Below, piece by piece: positions 1-11,969 of a stretch of DNA of 64,000 nucleotides. The notes below the pieces were generated by a model, which was not told where the DNA came from, searched no databases, and worked only from the letters and a program-made list of their open reading frames with translations. Source of the stretch: Octopus sinensis. Lineage: Eukaryota. Where the stretch lies: positions 10,912,001-10,976,000 of the forward strand of contig NC_043006.1 of NCBI RefSeq assembly GCF_006345805.1, given 5' to 3'. The position numbers were made by a program, and so were the translations under genes. Position 1 is the stretch's first letter, and every line of letters starts with the position of its first letter.

Positions 1-196
1 GTACAGATATATGCATACGATTGGGGCATATAATAAGGCCGTCGAGGGTTTATATGCGCCATTTTCTCCGACGAGAAAATATGCCCAAATATTAAACTAT
101 TATCTTTAGTCAGCACACGGTGCACACTCCTAAGGTTTAAGCTTATCATCTTAATCATTATTGTAATTATTACAGAGAATATATATATATATATAT

Positions 197-389
197 ATTA
201 GAGGGAAACCACTATGTGGACACCCTTATGCTAGAAATAGATCCGCTATGGTCTTACCACTAAGAAATGTTCTCATGAAACATTTTGCCAAACAATTTTT
301 CAATTTTTCTTGAGAACATTTCTTAATGGTAAGACCATAGCGGATCTATTTCTAGCATAAGGGTGTCCACATAACGGTTTCCCTCTAAT
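197..389. repeat. Fold-back inverted repeat (~84-bp arms, ~25-nt spacer) in a (TA)n tract
   Basis: attagagggaaacc...gttctcatgaaa (197-280) is the near-perfect reverse complement of tttcttgagaac...ccctctaat (306-389); TA repeats on both sides. Confidence 0.9.
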
Positions 390-505
390 ATGTATATAAT
401 ACAATTTTGCTGAAACTTCAGTTTTTTTATATGCTAGATAACTGGTGTGAAATCGATATTAATTAAATTAATATCTAATTTCTCACCCTCATTTTAAATT
501 TAAAT

Positions 506-540
<35 letters not shown>

Positions 541-837
541 GTGTGTATGTATCTATGTATGTATATATATTCTTTAGATGTATACTTTTGCCACCAATGG
601 AACCAAGAACCATAGCATGCATTCAATGATTATAATTTAATCTATATCAACTTTATTTCTGTATGAAGTATGAAGTATGAAATGAATAATAATTTCCAAA
701 AGTATAAATATTCATTGCCTTAAAATAAAATAAAATAAAATCATCATTTGTTATAATTCCTCTCACAGGTGCTATTATTGACTCTCCCCCTCTCTCTGTC
801 TCTCCTTTACTTCCTGCTAATAAGCTTAATGTACTTA

Positions 838-1068
838 AGGCGGCGAGCTGGCAAAAATGTTAGCACGCCAGGCGAAATGCTTAGCGGTATTTCGCCTGCC
901 ATCACGTCCTGAGTTCAAATTCAACCGAGGTCGACTTTGCCTTTCATCCTTTCACGGTCAATAAATTAAGTACCAGTTACGCACTGGGGTGATGTAATCG
1001 ATTTAATCCCTCTGTCTGTCCTTGTTTGCCCCCTGTGTGTTTAGCCCCTTGTGGGCAATAAAGAAAGA
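838..1068 (+). mobile_element. tRNA-headed SINE, family A (monomer)
   Basis: aggcggcgagctggc head, B-box-like gagttcaaattc, body matching copies at 10922, 36233, 47923 and 63455. Confidence 0.85.
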
Positions 1069-1340
1069 AGCTTCATGTACTCATTCACACTTGAACCCCT
1101 ATTTTAACTCTCTGTATTTGTTTTATACTTTTTCCCCTCTCACGCTACAACGCAAAGATCAACAAAGAAAGAGTCGAGAGGAAGACTGAGGGAGGGGGAG
1201 GGATAGAGAGGGAGAGAAAGAGAAAGGTGAAGGTGAGGAGAAGAAAATCAGAAAAAAAAGAATAATAGAGAGAGAATAGAGATAGTTGTAGAATGTAACA
1301 TGTATTATATACAGAAGTTGTGTGGTCAAAAGCTTGTTTC

Positions 1341-1695
1341 CCAACCACCTGGTTCCAGATTGAGTCCCACTGTGCGGTACATTGTGCCGGTGTCTTCTAC
1401 CAATGTATTGTGAGTGGATTTGGTTGAGGGAAACTGAAAGAAATTCGTCCTATATGTATATATATTTATGTATGTATGTGTGTATATATGTGTGTGTCGT
1501 TGTGTCTTTATTTGTTCTCCCCCAACACCGCTTGGTGTTCCCGTAAATTTGGGGTTCGGCAAAAGAGACCGATCGAATATGTACTCGACTTTAAAGGAAT
1601 TGTTGGATTGAATTGTCCGAGAAAAAACCTTTCAAGGAGGTGCACCAGCATGGACGCAGATACATTTGATGGAAACAACTGAAAGAATAAAAGAC
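1341..1695 (+). mobile_element. Degenerate SINE, family B
   Basis: Diverged match to 4561-4961 (gtcccactg...gtgtcttcta...gtgagtggatttgg...gaaactgaaagaa). Confidence 0.6.
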
Positions 1696-1751
1696 TGCGT
1701 GTGTGTGTGTGTTCTGTGTGCGCGCGCGCCGGTATATGTAAGCTTCATATA

Positions 1752-1910
1752 CACAGGGAGAGTTTACGAAAAAAACAAAAGACGAAGACAGGTGGTGTAC
1801 AAATCAAAAAGGTGTATTAGTATAACACTCAGGAATTGAAAAAGTCTTTTATGTTTCGAGCCTACGCTCTTCTACAGAAAGGGATACAGAAAAAAACAAG
1901 GAGAGAAACA
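1752..1910 (-). mobile_element. Short non-autonomous element (gggagagtttacg family) with a mini-hammerhead at 1846-1881
   Basis: Matches 2949-3130, 5747-5930 and 33455-33645; minus strand reads CTTT-CTGTAGA-A-GAGC(GTAG)GCTC-GAAA-CA-TA-AAAG. Confidence 0.7.
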
Positions 1911-2374
1911 TACAACTGAAGAAGCGACATCACTGGATAATTTAAAATGCTGGACCTCTATATCAGACGAGGTGGCTTTAGCAAATTGAGACCCCGTTTG
2001 TAAAGGAAATGCTAGCATAAAAATAAGATATTATATTTTTCTAGAAGGATGATAGCCGCTACTCGTTAATGGAGTTGAGTGTGGACGTTAGACGTTGTTG
2101 GTGGTGCAGAAATCATGGCGTTTAAAATGGAATGCTTCGTGTAACCTATCACTAACGAGTGATAGCAAATAAAAAGTTCCATGAAACTGTTGCGTCACTA
2201 ATCACAAAATTTCATGGTAGTTAACATCTATGGGTAATGTTCATGCACAAATGTAGTCTCGGAAACAGGAACAACAAGTTCATGATGGAGGTTGATGATC
2301 AACAACATGAGATTGATAGAGAAGAAAATAGCGGAACCAGGAGGTTTGATGGGAACAGAGCATACATGCATGCA

Positions 2375-2427
<53 letters not shown>

Positions 2428-2439
2428 TATATATATATA

Positions 2440-2705
2440 CTTTATTTAAAGCAGCAGAAATTTAACAAAAGCTGTTACTCGGAGTTTCACGTTCCCGTTC
2501 GTCGGACAGTTTTGTTAAAATAGACCCGATATGAGAATTGTGATCTCGGTTCTATTTAACAAAACATCCGACGAACGGGAACGTGAAACTCCGAGTAACA
2601 GCTTTTGTTAAATTTTGCTGCTTTTAAATAAAGCATATTACTCTACCACTGGTATTTGAGTACTCTTTTTTCCACCTTGTTTCATATTTATGTGTTTACT
2701 CCGGT
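2440..2705. mobile_element. Fold-back element with an inverted pair of type I hammerheads plus a unique tail
   Basis: Arms 2440-2530 and 2544-2633; minus-strand HHR at 2467-2513 reads CTGT-CCGACGA-ACG(GGAA)CGT-GAAA-CTCCGAG-TA-ACAG; tail resembles 24650-24720. Confidence 0.75.
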
Positions 2706-2726
2706 ATATTATATATATTATATATA

Positions 2727-2759
<33 letters not shown>

Positions 2760-2859
2760 NNNNNNNNNNNNNNNNNNNNNNNNNNNNNNNNNNNNNNNNN
2801 NNNNNNNNNNNNNNNNNNNNNNNNNNNNNNNNNNNNNNNNNNNNNNNNNNNNNNNNNNN
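2760..2859. other. Assembly gap (100 N)
   Basis: Run of exactly 100 n, the usual placeholder for a gap of unknown size. Confidence 0.98.
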
Positions 2860-2948
2860 TCTATATATGTGGTGCGTGTGTGTGTCTGTGTGTCTGTATG
2901 TGTCTGATTGAGTGTGTGTATGTATGAATGATTGTATATATGTATGTA

Positions 2949-3130
2949 AAGGGAGAGTTTACGAAAAAAAAAGTTGAAGACAGGTGGTGTACAAATCAAA
3001 CAGATATATTAGTATAACGCTCAGGAATAGAAAAAGTCTTTTACGTTTCGAACCTACGCTCTTCTACAGAAAGGGACGCAGAAAAAAAACAAGGAGAGAA
3101 AAGAAGGAGAGAAAAGAAGGAGAGAAACAA
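2949..3130 (-). mobile_element. gggagagtttacg-family element with a mini-hammerhead at 3038-3073
   Basis: Minus strand reads CTTT-CTGTAGA-A-GAGC(GTAG)GTTC-GAAA-CG-TA-AAAG. Confidence 0.7.
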
Positions 3131-3895
3131 GGAGAGAATAAAGGAGAGAAAAAAACAAGGGGAGAAACAAAGAGAGGAAAAGTGTGTGTTGTTGCTAACG
3201 ATCTATCATGGCGACTGACTTCGGATATATATGCATGTGTGTATGTATACAGTGTAATGAGTGTAATGTAATGGTTTTTTAGTATTCCCAGACGACACGA
3301 AGCTGAGACTGCATGTGGATAATTATAACTAACCATTTATGTATGAACATGCGCGCGATTGTTGTCTACAAATCCCACAGAGGGGAATTTGTTGTCGAGA
3401 TGAGTAAATATTATAGATATCATCTGTATGGAGCGTGAGCGTTCGTATGTGCTTGTGTGTCTGTGCGTATGCGTGTGTGCGCGTTCGTATGTGTATGCGT
3501 GTGCATGTAAGCTTATGAATTCACTCGAGTGTATGTCATAGTGCTTGTAAATGAATGTGTAAACTTTTGCCATTGTGTGAAAATATGGTTGCGTCAGTTA
3601 TGGTTTTGTGTGAGTGTGTATATGTGTGTATGTGTGTAGGAGTGTGGGTGTGTGGATGTGTTTGTGTGTATGTACATACATAGATACACATATGCATATG
3701 GATGTGAGGTATTCATGTGTATATGTGTGTATTAGTGAATTCGTAGGCATGTTTCTTCTTGTGTGTACGGACAGCAGAAATAAGTGCGTGTCTGTGTGAA
3801 GATTGACGAAATTGTGTGTGGTGAATGTCTGTGTATACATACATATAGATATATACATGCTTACATACGTATATATATATATATATATAGATATC

Positions 3896-3932
<37 letters not shown>

Positions 3933-4051
3933 GATATAATACATATATATATGCAAATACATATATGCATCTATACATATGACGATACATATATAAAGGC
4001 AATATACACACGAATGATATATATACATACATATATATATATATAATATAT

Positions 4052-4099
<48 letters not shown>

Positions 4100-4560
4100 A
4101 ATACATATATACATATATGCAGATACATATATATATAAAGGCATATATACACACAAATGCATATATATATATATATGTATGTATACGTATGTAGTGGTGG
4201 GATGCGTGTCTGAATGTATGTTGCGTCAATGTAACTGTTTAATCGTATTGACAGACACCTTATCGAAGTAATTGATATCAATCTATCAGCCTAGAGCGCG
4301 TTCGATGACAATGAAGTCATTGATCTCCGTCTAGAAAGGTTAATGACTTCGACCTTGTCTCCTTTAGAACCATTTTCTTTCATCTATTTTTTTAACAAGG
4401 ATCCTATTACCATATTTAAATGCATACATACGAACACAGATTCTCAGTAATTATTCTTAACAGACACTGAACTGAAACAGAAAGTGGCATATCTAAAGAC
4501 CTAATTCACACACATCATATACGTGTATGCATATATATATATATATATATATATATACGC

Positions 4561-4961
4561 AGGAGTGGCTGTGTGGTAAGTAGTATGCTTACCAACCACA
4601 TGGTTCCGGGTTCAGTCCCACTGCGAGGCACATTGGGCAAGTGTCTTCTACTATAGCTTCGGGCCGACCAAAGCCTTGTGAGTGGATTTGATAGACGGAA
4701 ACTGAAAAGAAGCCCGTCGTATATATGTATATATACATATGTATGTGTGCGTGTATGTTTGTGCGTCTGTGTCTGTCCCCCTAGCATTGCTTGACAACCG
4801 ATGCTGGTGTGTTTATGTCCCCGTCACTTAGCGGTTCGGCAAAAGAGACCGATAGAATAAGTACTAGGCTTACAAAGAATAAGTCCTGGGGTCGAGTTGC
4901 TCGATTAAAGGCGGTGCTCCAGCATGGCCGCAGTCAAATAACTGAAACAAGTAAAAAAAAA
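4561..4961 (+). mobile_element. tRNA-headed SINE, family B (full length)
   Basis: aggagtggctgtgtggtaag A-box-like head, ggttcagtccc B-box-like motif, tgggcaagtgtctt CORE-like segment, internal (TA/TG)n; about 8 copies in the window. Confidence 0.88.
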
Positions 4962-4986
4962 GATATATATATATGTGTATATATAT

Positions 4987-5263
4987 CATGTGACTGCCCA
5001 GGCTATCAGATGTTGCTACACATCGCTGGTCACAATGCGTTTCGCATTGTTTTAGCCTTCAAATGATGCCACCAACAGAAGAAAGAGTGAGAGAAAGTTG
5101 TGGCGAAAGAGTACAGCAAGGATCACCACCACCCCCTGCCAGAGCGTAGAGGAGCTTTAGGTTTTTCGCTCAATAAACACTCACAACGCCCGGGCTGCGA
5201 ATCGAAACCGTGATCCTACGACCGCGAGTCCGCTGCCCTAATCACTGGGCCATTGCGCCTCCA
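4987..5263 (-). mobile_element. tRNA-headed SINE, family C (internal deletion)
   Basis: Reverse complement of tggaggcgcaatggcccagtg...gtttcgatt head; matches 41588-41880. Confidence 0.82.
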
Positions 5264-5746
5264 CACACACACACACACACACCACACACACACATTTATA
5301 TATATATATTTATATATGGCTTTTGGAATAGTGAATCTCGAATCAAATATAACGATAAATAAATGGTATTTATTTTATTGAACCGGAAGAGATGAAAGAT
5401 TAAATCGACTACAAGAGAATTTGAAATCTGGACAAGAAGATGGTCGCAATGCCATTTCGCCGCCTGAAATAGCGAGTAAAAACGCTGGCGTGTAAAAGAA
5501 TTCGAAGGATGCCCGTATGACTCGAACCCAGATGTCCAGTAAATATAACAGGAAGCAATGTATCACTGAACCAAAGCCTTCGAGGTTTTTTATTCATTTT
5601 AGAAACTTTATTCTTACTAGCGAGAATTGTACGTTCCTGATGCCATAAAAATTTTATCTCCAGCAGAACGTGAATAATATAGGATTTATGGAACAATCTG
5701 TATAAATAGAGTTGAATAAAGACTGTATATATATATATATATATAT

Positions 5747-5930
5747 AGGGAGAATTCACAAAAAAACAAAAGACGAAGACAAGTGGTGTAGACAACAAAC
5801 ATGTATTAGTTTAACGCTCGGGAACTGAAAAAGTCTTTAACTTTTCGAGCCTACGCTCTGGAAAGAACACAAAAAGAAACAAGGAGAGAAAATAAAGAAT
5901 GTGTAGTGGCTAGCGATCTAGCATGACGAA
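5747..5930 (-). mobile_element. gggagag-family element, degenerate (HHR core lost)
   Basis: Homologous to 2949-3130, with a deletion across the tctacag core. Confidence 0.65.
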
Positions 5931-6139
5931 TATAAATATTTCAATCAGTAGATATATTCACTAGTAACTCAAGGCGGATAGTTTCGTGTATGATACTTAT
6001 GAGAACAGTTAACAGACATGCCTGAAATCTCGGGTCACTCTTCTGACTTGCTGCTGATTACGAATGAAACAGCTCGCTCTCTCTTTCTCTCTACCTCTCT
6101 CTTTCTTTCTCTCTCTCTTTCTCGATACATACATACACA

Positions 6140-6170
<31 letters not shown>

Positions 6171-6478
6171 CATATATATATATATAATTATATATATATA
6201 TATATATTATTTATCTTTACGCCCGTGGAAACTTGGAATACTGTACGCGATTACCCCATCCTTATATAATATAGGAAATATACTTAATATACTTCTTTAT
6301 TTCAATGCTATTGTGATCCACCTTTTTATTGATGCATACGTTGTTCGTGGTTATTCGATACATCTATATCTATATAGATAGGTAGATAAATAGAAAGATA
6401 GAGCGAGCGAGAGAGAGAGAGAGAGATGTGTGTGTGCCTCTGTGTGTATATATGTAAATATATGTAGATGTAAGTACA

Positions 6479-6534
<56 letters not shown>

Positions 6535-6910
6535 GAGAGGGAAAGGAGAGAGAGAGAGAAACGCCATTTGTATTTGATATGTCTGCTTCAAATCTAGTCA
6601 GCGTATCATTTTAAAAAAGTAAAAATGGGTTTAATATGCTTGCTTTTATTCGTAGTTATGCGCGTATGTGTATAGTTGTGTATGAATAAGCGATTACACG
6701 TTCATCTGTGTTAATAGTTTTTTTTGTTACATGCGTTGGCCCGGCTATTTGTTTAATGTACTCGGTTACCGATTTATCAAAGAAGTTTCATGCCAACTAA
6801 ATTATACTGAACAATAACTACTACTACTAATACTACCACTACATACACTACAACTAGGCGTTATTACTAATACTATCATTTTTATTATTATTGCTGTTGT
6901 TGTTTTGTTA

Positions 6911-6986
6911 GTGGTGGGGAGGCGTTGGTGGTGGGGGGCGTTGGTGGAACGGGGGCGTTGGTGGAGCGGGGGCGTTGGTGGTGGTG
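6911..6986 (+). repeat. G-rich ~18-bp minisatellite (gggggcgttggtgg unit)
   Basis: About four units of ggcgttggtgg separated by G runs. Confidence 0.75.
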
Positions 6987-7881
6987 ACGATTACGTTGCT
7001 GTTGTTTTTAATTTCAAATATTTTATTAATACTCAATTTTAAATAATCATTATTGAAAATTTAATAACATAATTATTGTCCGATCCGTCATCATCACCGT
7101 CAGTACACGCCATCCTCTTCCTCACCCTTATTATCCTCATCATCATAACATTCACCATCACCAACATCGTCCTAACGATCATTATCTTTCTTTTATTATG
7201 ATGGCGTGGCACATTTTAACGATGAAATGTTAAATTTCCGTCGGGAGATCCTACACACAGTTTTGTATTTTGCAAGATCTGAAGAAATAAAAACGAAAAG
7301 ATTTCAAAAAATACTTCACAATACGCTTGGTTGGTGTGACTGTTGCAGCTTACCATAATTTTCATCATTATCAATCATTACAATAAACTACGGAAATTAA
7401 ATTAAATATTATTTTTCTTATAGAGATTTATTTCTAATTATCATTGAGCGCAATCATTATTATGATTAACGAAATTCCGTTTTGCGAAGCTACGATGCAA
7501 TAAGCGTTTGCCTTAGTAAACTGTGCTTGTTTCGTTTCATTTGCCGCAGAATGTCGTCGATTTGGCTGTGGCTTTAAGATGTTAGAAGTCATAACGATGT
7601 AGGTTCAGATTCTTCTCCTTCGCAGTTCCTCTCTCGATACATCTCTGAGAATGACTGATTCGTTTCTTAGTGATATTTGGTTGATGGAAGATGAAGAAAA
7701 CCTAACCAAAAAGCCTCATATTTACAATAAGAACAAAACAAAATTTCATGTTATTATCACGAAACGACAAAATATTGAATCACAACAAAGTGATTCAGAT
7801 AATCAATGCACCGAATTTCAGTTTAACCATGCGGCAAGAGGAACTTGAAAGATTCATACGGGTGTATGACCATAATAAAAA

Positions 7882-7965
<84 letters not shown>

Positions 7966-7969
7966 TATA

Positions 7970-7999
<30 letters not shown>

Positions 8000-8003
<4 letters not shown>

Positions 8004-8309
8004 CATGATCGTCGTGAGCGACCAGGCTATCAGATATTGCTACACATCGCTGGTCACAATGCGCTTCGCATTGTTTTAACCTTCAAAAGACGCCACCCCG
8101 CTGGCTAAGCGACTAGGCCAACAGAAGAAAGAGTGAGAGAAAGTTGTGGCGAAAGACTACAACAGGGATAGCCAACACTCCCTGTCGGAGCCCCGTGGAG
8201 CTTTAGGTGTTTCGCTCAATAAACACCCACATTGCCCGGTCTGGCAATCGAAACCGCGATCCTACGACCGCGAGTCCGCTGCCCTAACCACTGGGCCATT
8301 GCACCTCCA
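8000..8309 (-). mobile_element. SINE family C
   Basis: Full head and body match to 41588-41880 and 60664-60968. Confidence 0.85.
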
Positions 8310-8799
8310 TATATATATATGTAGACTACGTAGTAGAGTACAGTATAAAGCTTGTCCACCTTCAGATTTCATCCTGTGCTATCCAGTAGTAGTATCATCC
8401 GTACTTCCAGTTTGCGTTTGGGCATCTGTCGTAGGTGAATACATACTTGAAAAAATTTTGAGTCAACAACAAGGAATACGGTTGGACTTTTATTTTTTGA
8501 TCACTACAATTGTTTCCACGCACCGTAGTTCTTTGAACGGGCATATACTTGTTTTGCCACTGTTTCCCTACATTATAGGATCTAGTTGTGTTTCGTCAGG
8601 TGATACGTAGATATTGTCTCCAGAAGTTCACATTCTCTGCTTCAAGAACATCCTCTCTGTCTGTCGTGGCCTGAATTTAGTAATAGTCATTGTGTGTGCG
8701 TGTGAGTGTATTCACTAATATCTCTATCTTTATATATACGTGTATGTATTTGTGTATGTGTTTGTGTGTAGATGAGATAGATAGAGCGAGAGAGAGAGA

Positions 8800-9027
8800 T
8801 TGGTGACCGACCAGGCTATCAGAGCAGGCCAACAGAACAGAAGAAAGAAGGAGAGAAAATTGTGGGGAAAGAGTACAGCAGGGATCGTCACCCCACCCCT
8901 CTGCCGGAGCCTCGTAGAGCTTTTGGTGTTTTCGGTCAATAAACACTCACAACGCCCGGTCTGAGAATCGAAACCGCCATCCTACACCGCGAGTCCGCTG
9001 CCCTAACCACTAGGTCATTGCGCCTCC
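8800..9027 (-). mobile_element. SINE family C (internally deleted)
   Basis: Head (gcgcaatgacctagtggttagggc) and tail present, middle missing. Confidence 0.78.
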
Positions 9028-9032
9028 CCCCC

Positions 9033-9145
<113 letters not shown>

Positions 9146-9789
9146 TATAATATATATATACATCGTATACGCAGCTGATTTGCTAGCGTTAAATATCTTG
9201 TAATGGGATCCAAGTTAAAGTTAATACCGTTATCACAGTAAAAACTAACGTGCATTTCTCTATGAGATTATAAGATTATAATGATTATGATACTGACGAA
9301 GACCACAATCACTTAATGATAAATATCTACATGCATCAGCTGTATTAATCTATTTCTTTGGCTAATCTTGCATATCTATCGATTATATGCTGCGTGTTTG
9401 TACTGAATTCACTTCATCTACATGTTTCGGATTCACACGTTTATACTAAATGCTTATTAGAATGATGAACGCTATGATGTAAAGAATATCGGACGTATGT
9501 ATTGCGTAAAAAGCAGTAGAGATTTTGATTTTTTTTCCCACATAGCTTACAATGTACAACTTCGTTCTGCTAGAATCTAATTTAATAAAGTACGATCGGG
9601 TGTAGCTGCCGTAAAATGAACAAGTTTTCTTTGCTGTTAACATGGATTTGGGTTCCTTCTCATTATTGAAAAACTTCGGACATCGGAAAGTGTTCTACTG
9701 AATAGCCTTGAAACAACAGACACACAGACAGACAGATAGACAAAGAGATAGAGAGATAGAGGGAGAGGGAGAGAGAAGAAGAGAGATTA

Positions 9790-9790
9790 C

Positions 9791-9863
<73 letters not shown>

Positions 9864-9930
9864 TAAGGACAGTCGGGCAGACAGACAGACAGAAAAACAG
9901 ACTGAAAGATAGACAGACAAATAGATAGAC

Positions 9931-9989
<59 letters not shown>

Positions 9990-9992
9990 CCC

Positions 9993-10037
<45 letters not shown>

Positions 10038-10056
10038 TAGATAGATAGATAGACCC

Positions 10057-10104
<48 letters not shown>

Positions 10105-10268
10105 TCTCTTGCGGAGCGACATAGATAGGATCGACGACAAGGCCACCTTAGAGTAAAGGAACATTTCCACAAGGCTACATCACCCAGCGCCGTGTCCCAA
10201 CCCCACTAACAATGAGATGGGAACCCTAACCCTACAGACCACACGTCACATATACAGTAAACTCTCTA

Positions 10269-10324
<56 letters not shown>

Positions 10325-10325
10325 A

Positions 10326-10388
<63 letters not shown>

Positions 10389-10740
10389 CATCCCTCCGTC
10401 ACTACACCTCTCTCTCTCTCTATGTACTTGCCTATCGACCAACCCATCCATCATTTATCTGTCTATTTGTCTATCTATTTATCTATCTATCTATCTGTCT
10501 ATCTATTTATCTATCTATCTATCTATCTATCTTATATCTATCTATCTATCTATCTATCTGTCTGTCTGTTTGTCCGTCTATCTATACCTCTATCTTATCT
10601 ATCAATCTATCTATCAATCTATCGATCGAAGGATCTATCTATTCATCTATCTTTGGACCTACCTATCTACCTGTCTATCTACTTATCTACTTTTATATCT
10701 ACTTGTATATCCATAAACCTTTTATATATCTTTAATCTCT
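9790..10740. repeat. (AGAT)n tract, ~160-bp unique spacer, then (ATCT)n tract in opposite orientation
   Basis: GATA repeats at 9790-10103 and TCTA repeats at 10265-10700. Confidence 0.9.
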
Positions 10741-10921
10741 TACATCCATGACCACTTCAAACTTTTATATCTATAAATCTATTACGGAAAAATAAGCATT
10801 TCCTTCCTCTTTTTCTACTGTTTCTTGTCGTTTATCTTGTTTTCTTTTCTTTTATTTCTCTCTCCTCCTTTGCCTGCCCAACCTCTCCTACTGTCGGTGT
10901 TAATATATATTATCTGTTTAT

Positions 10922-11337
10922 AGGCGGCGAGTTGGCAGAAAAGTTAGCACACCGGGCGAAATGCTTAGCAGTATTTCGTCTGTCGTTACGTTCTGTGTTC
11001 AAATTCTGCCGAGGTCGACTTTGCCTTTCATCCTATCGGGGTCGATTAACTAAGTACCAGTTGCGCAATGGGGTCGGTGTAATCGACTTAATCCGTTTGT
11101 CTGTTCTTGTTTGTCCTCTCTATGTTTAGCTCCTTGTGGGTAGGAAAGAAATCGGTATTTCGTCTGCTGTTAGGTTCTGATTTCGAATTGTGCCGAGGTC
11201 GTCTTTGCTCTTCATCCTTTTGGGGTCGATAAATAAATTACCAGTTTCGCACTGGGGTCGATGTAATCGACTTAATCCCTTTGTCTGTCATTGTTTGTCC
11301 TCTTTAAGTTTAGTACCTTGTGGGTAGTAAACAAATA
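10922..11337 (+). mobile_element. SINE family A (dimer of internal unit)
   Basis: Head followed by two ~184-bp units, each starting ggtatttcgtctg. Confidence 0.85.
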
Positions 11338-11528
11338 TATATTACCTTTCTATACTCTATCCATATCGGCTGAGATACATCAACACAATAAGTATGATAA
11401 TATTCTTAACTGAACTTGAAAAAGTACAGGGCAAGTAGTGGAAGTTAAAGAAATATTACACCCGAAGCTGGAATTCAAATTTAAATAACATGTCGTTTAG
11501 ACAGAAAAGGGGATGCTAAACTTATTGA

Positions 11529-11610
11529 GGGAGCTCTAAGCAGTAAATTGATCTACTAGTAGTAACAACCAAAATCTGACAATAGGTCGAGTTACTGCTT
11601 AGAAGCTCCC
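11529..11610. repeat. Small imperfect palindrome (MITE-like), with an inverted partial copy at 12366-12424
   Basis: gggagctctaagcagtaaattgatcta pairs with taggtcgagttactgcttagaagctccc; 12366-12424 resembles the reverse complement of 11521-11578. Confidence 0.6.
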
Positions 11611-11654
11611 AAAATGGAACCCAGTAATTACGAGGGAAAAGTCAGACGAATCCA

Positions 11655-11969
11655 TCGAGCTCGAAAGGATGAAAGGCAAAGTCGACTTAGGCGGAATTTG
11701 AACTCAGAATGTAAAGATAGACGAAATACCTATTTCTTTACTACCCACAAGGGGCTAAACACAAAGAGGATAAACAAGGCCAGACAAAGGGATTAAGTCA
11801 ATTATATCGACCCCAGTGCGTAGCTGGTACTTATTTAATCGACCCCGAAAGGATGAAAGGCAAAGTCTACCTCGGCGGAATTTGAACTCAGAACGTAACG
11901 GCAGACGAAACACTGCTAAGTATTTTATCTGTCGTGCTAACGATTCTGCTAGCTAAGCTCGTCGCCTTA
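11655..11969 (-). mobile_element. SINE family A
   Basis: Reverse-complement head (...ctcgtcgcctt) plus about 1.5 units. Confidence 0.82.

Noticed and set aside
838-920. tRNA genes at SINE heads (also 4561, 41588, 60664, 50110-50170)
   Set aside because: A/B-box-like motifs are present but no full cloverleaf, and each continues into a SINE body or is fragmentary
10222-10236. ccctaaccct as a telomeric repeat
   Set aside because: Fewer than two full units
9663-10751. ORFs of 109-172 aa rich in YLSI
   Set aside because: Read-through of (ATCT)n; the same applies to YI/IY-, HT- and CV-rich ORFs throughout the window
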